Both the position numbers and the translations under genes were made by a program. The notes beneath the pieces are model-generated. The model was not told the DNA's origin. It saw only the letters and a list, made by a program, of their open reading frames with translations, and searched no databases. From Macrostomum lignano (Eukaryota), in the NCBI GenBank assembly GCA_002269645.1, contig NIVC01002683.1, positions 1 through 64,000 of the forward strand: 64,000 nt of DNA. The letters are read 5' to 3'. This document shows positions 55,351-64,000 of this stretch, one piece after another; the stretch's first letter is position 1, and the number at the start of each line of letters is the position of its first letter.

Positions 55351-56059
55351 GGCCGGTGGATGCCACATCCAAAAATAGTAGCTCTTGTCATTTGTCTAGT
55401 TTGGCTTACCTTTTCAATCTACGAGGTGTCAGAAATACATGTATTTAACGAAATTTTCTGCTTTAAAATGACGCCATATTTATATCGCTGCTACCGTGTT
55501 TTGCTCCGGGATTAAAAGTGTGAGAACTTTCCGGACACATATAGCAGTTGTCGTGTAAGCCACATTACTGGGCCTGCGTCAATCTTCTTTGAATTATTAT
55601 CGAAAACTTTGTTAGGATCAAACGTCCTTGAAATTTTACGAATGCACCGTACGCGGATCTCTGTCAAGGACCAGCCCCCCCCCTCCTGGCAGTAAGGGGT
55701 CGCTTTGCGATTGACCAAATTAAAGGAATTTTTTGCAAATCTTATTTCCCAACCCCGACTATTTATGCTGATGGATATTATAATATTGTTTACGTAAGCC
55801 AGAATGTTATGCTCAGTGACTGACTCTACACTTATAATAATGTCACAATTAGAAATTAAGGTGTTTTTGTGCCCTTCGTTCATTGTCCAATCAGTAAAGT
55901 ATATGTGATAGCAAATGTATACTGGTAGCCTACGTTAAAAATATTTTAATAACTTGTTCTCTAAATTGTTCACATTTGCCATGTGAACAATTTAGCCAAT
56001 TTAGCCAATGCAAATTACAACTAAGAACGATTATGTGTTTTTAAACGGCGAATCTCCTG

Positions 56060-59000
56060 ATCAATTAATGACCATTCTGTGTTTTAACGGCGATTCTCAT
56101 TGTGATCAACTAATGACAATTCTCAGGGTTGTTTAAAGGCGATTCTCAGGCTTGTTTAAGGGCAATTCTTAGGGTTGTTTAATGACGATTCTCAGGGTTG
56201 TTTAAAGGCGATTCTCAGGGTTGTTTAATGGCGATTCTCAGGGTTGTTTAATGACGATTCTCAGGGTTGTTTAATGACGATTCTCAGGGTTGTTTAAAGG
56301 CGATTCTCAGGCTTGTTTAAAGGCGATTCTCAGGGTTGTTTAATGACGATTCTCAGGGTTGTTTAAAGGCGATTCTCAGGCTTGTTTAAAGGCGATTCTC
56401 AGGCTTGTTTAAAGGCGATTCTCAGGGTTGTTTAATGGCGATTCTCAGGGTTGTTTAAAGGCGATTCTCAGGCTTGTTTAAAGGCGATTCTCAGGGTTGT
56501 TTAATGGCGATTCTCAGGGTTGTTTAAAGGCGATTCTCAGGCTTGTTTAAAGGCGATTCTCAGGGTTGTTTAATGGCGATTCTCAGGTTGTTTAAGGGCG
56601 ACTCTTAGGGTTGTTTAATGGCGATTCTCAGGGTTGTTTAAGGGCGATTCTCAGGCTTGTTTAAAGGCGATTCTCAGGGTTGTTTAATGGCGATTCTCAG
56701 GTTGTTTAAGGGCGACTCTTAGGGTTGTTTAATGGCGATTCTCAGGGTTGTTTAAGGGCGATTCTCAGGCTTGTTTAAAGGCGATTCTCAGGGTTGTTTA
56801 ATGGCGATTCTCAGGTTGTTTAAGGGCGACTCTCAGGCTTGTTTAAAGGCGATTCTCAGGGTTGTTTAATGGCGATTCTCAGGTTGTTTAAGGGCGACTC
56901 TTAGGGTTGTTTAATGGCGATTCTCAGGGTTGTTTAAGGGCGATTCTCAGGGTTGTTTAATGGCGATTCTCAGGGTTGTTTAAGGGCGATTCTCAGGCTT
57001 GTTTAAAGGCGATTCTCAGGGTTGTTAAATGGCGATTCTCAGGTTGTTTAAGGGCGACTCTTAGGGTTGTTTAATGGCGATTCTCAGGGTTGTTTAAGGG
57101 CGATTCTCAGGGTTGTTTAAAGGCGATTCTCAGGGTTGTTTAATGGCGATTCTCAGGGTTGTTTAAAGGCGATTCTCAGGCTTGTTTAAAGGCGATTCTC
57201 AGGGTTGTTTAATGACGATTCTCAGGGTTGTTTAAAGGCGATTCTCAGGCTTGTTTAAAGGCGATTCTCAGGGTTGTTTAATGGCGATTCTCAGGTTGTT
57301 TAAGGGCGACTCTTAGGGTTGTTTAATGGCGATTCTCAGGGTTGTTTAAGGGCGATTCTCAGGCTTGTTTAAAGGCGATTCTCAGGGTTGTTTAATGGCG
57401 ATTCTCAGGTTGTTTAAGGGCGACTCTCAGGCTTGTTTAAAGGCGATTCTCAGGGTTGTTTAATGGCGATTCTCAGGTTGTTTAAGGGCGACTCTTAGGG
57501 TTGTTTAATGGCGATTCTCAGGGTTGTTTAAAGGCGATTCTCAGGGTTGTTTAATGGCGATTCTCAGGGTTGTTTAAGGGCGATTCTCAGGCTTGTTTAA
57601 AGGCGATTCTCAGGGTTGTTTAAATGGCGATTCTCAGGTTGTTTAAGGGCGACTCTTAGGGTTGTTTAATGGCGATTCTCAGGGTTGTTTAAGGGCGATT
57701 CTCAGGCTTGTTTGAAGGCGATTCTCAGGGTTGTTTAATGGCGATTCTCAGGGTTGTTTAAAGGCGATTCTCAGGCTTGTTTAAAGGCGATTCTCAGGGT
57801 TGTTTAATGACGATTCTCAGGGTTGTTTAAAGGCGATTCTCAGGCTTGTTTAAAGGCGATTCTCAGGCTTGTTTAAAGGCGATTCTCAGGGTTGTTTAAT
57901 GGCGATTCTCAGGCTTGTTTAAAGGCGATTCTCAGGGTTGTTTAATGGCGATTCTCAGGGTTGTTTAAAGGCGATTCTCAGGCTTGTTTAAAGGCGATTC
58001 TCAGGGTTGTTTAATGGCGATTCTCAGGTTGTTTAAGGGCGACTCTTAGGGTTGTTTAATGGCGATTCTCAGGGTTGTTTAATGGCGATTCTCAGGGTTG
58101 TTTAAAGGCGATTCTCAGGCTTGTTTAAAGGCGATTCTCAGGGTTGTTTAATGGCGATTCTCAGGTTGTTTAAGGGCGACTCTTAGGGTTGTTTAATGGC
58201 GATTCTCAGGGTTGTTTAAGGGCGATTCTCAGGCTTGTTTAAAGGCGATTCTCAGGGTTGTTTAATGGCGATTCTCAGGTTGTTTAAGGGCGACTCTTAG
58301 GGTTGTTTAATGGCGATTCTCAGGGTTGTTTAAGGGCGATTCTCAGGCTTGTTTAAAGGCGATTCTCAGGGTTGTTTAATGGCGATTCTCAGGTTGTTTA
58401 AGGGCGACTCTCAGGCTTGTTTAAAGGCGATTCTCAGGGTTGTTTAATGGCGATTCTCAGGTTGTTTAAGGCGACTCAGGGTTGTTTAATGGCGATTCTC
58501 AGGTTGTTTAAGGGCGACTCTTAGGGTTGTTTAATGGCGATTCTCAGGGTTGTTTAAGGGCGATTCTCAGGCTTGTTTAAAGGCGATTCTCAGGGTTGTT
58601 TAATGGCGATTCTCAGGTTGTTTAAGGGCGACTCTTAGGGTTGTTTAATGGCGATTCTCAGGGTTGTTTAAGGGCGATTCTCAGGCTTGTTTAAAGGCGA
58701 TTCTCAGGGTTGTTTAATGGCGATTCTCAGGTTGTTTAAGGGCGACTCTCAGGCTTGTTTAAAGGCGATTCTCAGGGTTGTTTAATGGCGATTCTCAGGT
58801 TGTTTAAGGGCGACTCTTAGGGTTGTTTAATGGCGATTCTCAGGTTGTTTAATGGCGATTCTCAGGTTGTTTAAGGGCGACTCTTAGGGTTGTTTAATGG
58901 CGATTCTCAGGGTTGTTTAAGGGCGATTCTCAGGCTTGTTTAAAGGCGATTCTCAGGGTTGTTTAATGGCGATTCTCAGGTTGTTTAAGGGCGACTCTTA

Positions 59001-62000
59001 GGGTTGTTTAATGGCGATTCTCAGGGTTGTTTAAGGGCGATTCTCAGGCTTGTTTAAAGGCGATTCTCAGGGTTGTTTAATGGCGATTCTCAGGTTGTTT
59101 AAGGGCGACTCTCAGGCTTGTTTAAAGGCGATTCTCAGGGTTGTTTAATGGCGATTCTCAGGTTGTTTAAGGGCGACTCTTAGGGTTGTTTAATGGCGAT
59201 TCTCAGGTTGTTTAAGGGCGACTCTTAGGGTTGTTTAATGGCGATTCTCAGGGTTGTTTAAGGGCGATTCTCAGGCTTGTTTAAAGGCGATTCTCAGGGT
59301 TGTTTAATGGCGATTCTCAGGTTGTTTAAGGGCGACTCTTAGGGTTGTTTAATGGCGATTCTCAGGGTTGTTTAAGGGCGATTCTCAGGCTTGTTTAAAG
59401 GCGATTCTCAGGGTTGTTTAATGGCGATTCTCAGGTTGTTTAAGGGCGACTCTCAGGCTTGTTTAAAGGCGATTCTCAGGGTTGTTTAATGGCGATTCTC
59501 AGGTTGTTTAAGGGCGACTCTTAGGGTTGTTTAATGGCGATTCTCAGGGTTGTTTAAGGGCGATTCTCAGGGTTGTTTAATGGCGATTCTCAGGGTTGTT
59601 TAAGGGCGATTCTCAGGCTTGTTTAAAGGCGATTCTCAGGGTTGTTTAATGGCGATTCTCAGGTTGTTTAAGGGCGACTCTTAGGGTTGTTTAATGGCGA
59701 TTCTCAGGGTTGTTTAAGGCGATTCTCAGGCTTGTTTAAAGGCGATTCTCAGGGTTGTTTAATGGCGATTCTCAGGGTTGTTTAAAGGCGATTCTCAGGC
59801 TTGTTTAAAGGCGATTCTCAGGGTTGTTTAATGGCGATTCTCAGGGTTGTTTAAGGCGATTCTCAGGCTTGTTTAAAGGCGATTCTCAGGGTTGTTTAAT
59901 GGCGATTCTCAGGTTGTTTAAGGGCGACTCTTAGGGTTGTTTAATGGCGATTCTCAGGGTTGTTTAAGGGCGATTCTCAGGCTTGTTTAAAGGCGATTCT
60001 CAGGGTTGTTTAATGGCGATTCTCAGGTTGTTTAAGGGCGATCTCAGGCTTGTTTAAAGGCGATTCTCAGGGTTGTTTAATGGCGATTCTCAGGTTGTTT
60101 AAGGCGACTCTTAGGGTTGTTTAATGGCGATTCTCAGGGTTGTTTAAGGGCGATTCTCAGGGTTGTTTAATGGCGATTCTCAGGGTTGTTTAAGGGCGAT
60201 TCTCAGGCTTGTTTAAAGGCGATTCTCAGGGTTGTTTAATGGCGATTCTCAGGTTGTTTAAGGGCGACTCTTAGGGTTGTTTAATGGCGATTCTCAGGGT
60301 TGTTTAAGGGATTCTCAGGCTTGTTTAAAGGCGATTCTCAGGGTTGTTTAATGGCGATTCTCAGGGTTGTTTAAAGGCGATTCTCAGGCTTGTTTAAAGG
60401 CGATTCTCAGGGTTGTTTAATGGCGATTCTCAGGGTTGTTTAAAGGCGATTCTCAGGCTTGTTTAAAGGCGATTCTCAGGGTTGTTTAATGGCGATTCTC
60501 AGGGTTGTTTAAGGCGATTCTCAGGCTTGTTTAAAGGCGATTCTCAGGGTTGTTTAAGGGCGATTCTCAGGCTTGTTTAAAGGCGATTCTCAGGGTTGTT
60601 TAATGGCGATTCTCAGGTTGTTTAAGGGCGATTCTCAGGCTTGTTTAAAGGCGATTCTCAGGGTTGTTTAATGGCGATTCTCAGGTTGTTTAAGGGCGAC
60701 TCTTAGGGTTGTTTAATGGCGATTCTCAGGGTTGTTTAAGGGCGATTCTCAGGGTTGTTTAATGGCGATTCTCAGGGTTGTTTAAGGCGATTCTCAGGCT
60801 TGTTTAAAGGCGATTCTCAGGGTTGTTTAATGGCGATTCTCAGGTTGTTTAAGGGCGACTCAGGGTTGTTTAATGGCGATTCTCAGGGTTGTTTAAATGG
60901 CGATTCTCAGGTTGTTTAAGGCGACTCTTAGGGTTGTTTAATGGCGATTCTCAGGGTTGTTTAAGGGCGATTCTCAGGCTTGTTTAAAGGCGATTCTCAG
61001 GGTTGTTTAATGGCGATTCTCAGGGTTGTTTAAAGGCGATTCTCAGGCTTGTTTAAAGGCGATTCTCAGGGTTGTTTAATGGCGATTCTCAGGGTTGTTT
61101 AAAGGCGATTCTCAGGCTTGTTTAAAGGCGATTCTCAGGCTTGTTTAAAGGCGATTCTCAGGGTTGTTTAATGGCGATTCTCAGGGTTGTTTAATGGCGA
61201 TTCTCAGGGTTGTTTAAAGGCGATTCTCAGGCTTGTTTAAAGGCGATTCTCAGGGTTGTTTAATGGCGATTCTCAGGGTTGTTTAAAGGCGATTCTCAGG
61301 TTGTTTAAAGGCGATTCTCAGGTTGTTTAAAGGCGATTCTCAGGGTTGTTTAATGGCGATTCTCAGGGTTGTTTAAGGCGATTCTCAGGCTTGTTTAAAG
61401 GCGATTCTCAGGGTTGTTTAATGGCGATTCTCAGGGTTGTTTAAAGGCGATTCTCAGGGTTGTTTAATGGCGATTCTCAGGTTGTTTAAGGGCGACTCTT
61501 AGGGTTGTTTAATGGCGATTCTCAGGGTTGTTTAAGGGCGATTCTCAGGCTTGTTTAAAGGCGATTCTCAGGGTTGTTTAATGGCGATTCTCAGGTTGTT
61601 TAAGGGCGACTCTTAGGGTTGTTTAATGGCGATTCTCAGGGTTGTTTAAGGGCGATTCTCAGGCTTGTTTAAAGGCGATTCTCAGGGTTGTTTAATGGCG
61701 ATTCTCAGGTTTGTTTAAAGGCGATTCTCAGGGTTGTTTAATGGCGATTCTCAGGTTGTTTAAGGGCGATTCTTAGGGTTGTTTAATGGCGATTCTCAGG
61801 GTTGTTTAATGGCGATTCTCAGGTTGTTTAAGGGCGACTCTTAGGGTTGTTTAATGGCGATTCTCAGGGTTGTTTAAGGGCGATTCTCAGGCTTGTTTAA
61901 AGGCGATTCTCAGGGTTGTTTAATGGCGATTCTCAGGGTTGTTTAAGGCGATTCTCAGGCTTGTTTAAAGGCGATTCTCAGGGTTGTTTAATGGCGATTC

Positions 62001-64000
62001 TCAGGGTTGTTTAAAGGCGATTCTCAGGCTTGTTTAAAGGCGATTCTCAGGGTTGTTTAATGGCGATTCTCAGGGTTGTTTAAGGGCGATTCTCAGGCTT
62101 GTTTAAAGGCGATTCTCAGGGTTGTTTAATGGCGATTCTCAGGTTGTTTAAGGGCGACTCTTAGGGTTGTTTAATGGCGATTCTCAGGGTTGTTTAAGGG
62201 CGATTCTCAGGCTTGTTTAAAGGCGATTCTCAGGGTTGTTTAATGGCGATTCTCAGGTTGTTTAAGGGCGATTCTCAGGCTTGTTTAAAGGCGATTCTCA
62301 GGGTTGTTTAATGGCGATTCTCAGGTTGTTTAAGGGCGACTCAGGGTTGTTTAATGGCGATTCTCAGGGTTGTTTAAGGGCGATTCTCAGGGTTGTTTAA
62401 TGGCGATTCTCAGGGTTGTTTAAGGGCGATTCTCAGGCTTGTTTAAAGGCGATTCTCAGGGTTGTTTAATGGCGATTCTCAGGTTGTTTAAGGGCGACTC
62501 TTAGGGTTGTTTAATGGCGATTCTCAGGGTTGTTTAAGGGCGATTCTCAGGCTTGTTTAAAGGCGATTCTCAGGGTTGTTTAATGGCGATTCTCAGGGTT
62601 GTTTAAAGGCGATTCTCAGGCTTGTTTAAAGGCGATTCTCAGGGTTGTTTAATGGCGATTCTCAGGGTTGTTTAAAGGCGATTCTCAGGCTTGTTTAAAG
62701 GCGATTCTCAGGTTGTTTAAGGCGATTCTCAGGGTTGTTTAATGGCGATTCTCAGGGTTGTTTAAAGGCGATTCTCAGGCTTGTTTAAAGGCGATTCTCA
62801 GGGTTGTTTAATGGCGATTCTCAGGGTTGTTTAAGGCGATTCTCAGGCTTGTTTAAAGGCGATTCTCAGGGTTGTTTAATGGCGATTCTCAGGGTTGTTT
62901 AAGGCGATTCTCAGGCTTGTTTAAAGGCGATTCTCAGGGTTGTTTAATGGCGATTCTCAGGTTGTTTAAGGGCGACTCTTAGGGTTGTTTAATGGCGATT
63001 CTCAGGGTTGTTTAAGGGCGATTCTCAGGCTTGTTTAAAGGCGATTCTCAGGGTTGTTTAATGGCGATTCTCAGGTTGTTTAAGGGCGATCTCAGGCTTG
63101 TTTAAAGGCGATTCTCAGGGTTGTTTAATGGCGATTCTCAGGTTGTTTAAGGGCGACTCTTAGGGTTGTTTAATGGCGATTCTCAGGGTTGTTTAAGGGC
63201 GATTCTCAGGGTTGTTTAATGGCGATTCTCAGGGTTGTTTAAGGGCGATTCTCAGGCTTGTTTAAAGGCGATTCTCAGGGTTGTTTAATGGCGATTCTCA
63301 GGTTGTTTAAGGGCGACTCTTAGGGTTGTTTAATGGCGATTCTCAGGGTTGTTTAAGGGCGATTCTCAGGTTGTTTAAAGGCGATTCTCAGGCTTGTTTA
63401 AAGGCGATTCTCAGGGTTGTTTAAGGCGATTCTCAGGTTGTTTAAGGGCGATTCTCAGGGTTGTTTAATGGCGATTCTCAGGGTTGTTTAAGGGCGATTC
63501 TCAGGCTTGTTTAAAGGCGATTCTCAGGGTTGTTTAATGGCGATTCTCAGGTTGTTTAAGGCGACTCTTAGGGTTGTTTAATGGCGATTCTCAGGGTTGT
63601 TTAAGGCGATTCTCAGGCTTGTTTAAAGGCGATTCTCAGGGTTGTTTAATGGCGATTCTCAGGTTGTTTAAGGGCGATCTCAGGCTTGTTTAAAGGCGAT
63701 TCTCAGGGTTGTTTAATGGCGATTCTCAGGTTGTTTAAGGGCGACTCTTAGGGTTGTTTAATGGCGATTCTCAGGGTTGTTTAAGGGCGATTCTCAGGCT
63801 TGTTTAAAGGCGATTCTCAGGGTTGTTTAATGGCGATTCTCAGGGTTGTTTAAGGCGATTCTCAGGCTTGTTTAAAGGCGATTCTCAGGGTTGTTTAATG
63901 GCGATTCTCAGGGTTGTTTAAAGGCGATTCTCAGGGTTGTTTAAGGCGATTCTCAGGTTGTTTAAGGGCGATTCTCAGGGTTGTTTAATGGCGATTCTCA
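56060..64000 (+). repeat. 23-bp satellite GGCGATTCTCAGGGTTGTTTAA(A/T/G), at least 7.9 kb, running off the window, with a 114-bp pentameric higher-order repeat
   Basis: Period 23; the ACTCTTAGGG variant recurs at 56601 and 56715. Confidence 0.98.

Noticed and set aside
55512-55883. 123-aa minus-strand ORF
   Set aside because: No recognisable motif and no clear splice context; left unannotated.

Overview
Eukaryotic (metazoan) nuclear DNA in the standard code, with spliced genes separated and interrupted by about 35 different tandem arrays. The style resembles the flatworm Macrostomum, but that taxon is my inference only. I built the gene models by hand from GT-AG sites with matching exon phases. 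(1) The 5' six exons of an ELK-type KCNH K+ channel (minus strand, 21101->752, continuing off the window). (2) A TMTC-family O-mannosyltransferase nested antisense in the 12.9-kb KCNH intron 5, with three homopolymer frameshifts. (3) GILT/IFI30. (4) A 108-aa membrane-anchored single-EGF protein that is visible only after splicing. (5) A LIV-1/ZIP8-14-like SLC39A transporter whose two core metal-binding histidines are replaced. (6) A low-confidence 96-aa spliced orphan ORF directly upstream of the ZIP gene. (7) Guanylate kinase, bracketed by the same 20-bp satellite on both sides. (8) TLCD4/TMEM56. (9) An NPY/NPF-receptor-like GPCR with a very long third extracellular loop. Mobile DNA comprises a 400-bp foldback/MITE with an 8-bp TSD, a tRNA-headed CORE-like SINE, and a three-copy dispersed element. 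The last ~8 kb is a 23-bp satellite with a 114-bp higher-order unit. Most long ORFs in the supplied track are repeat artefacts. There is no CRISPR array, rRNA or intact tRNA.
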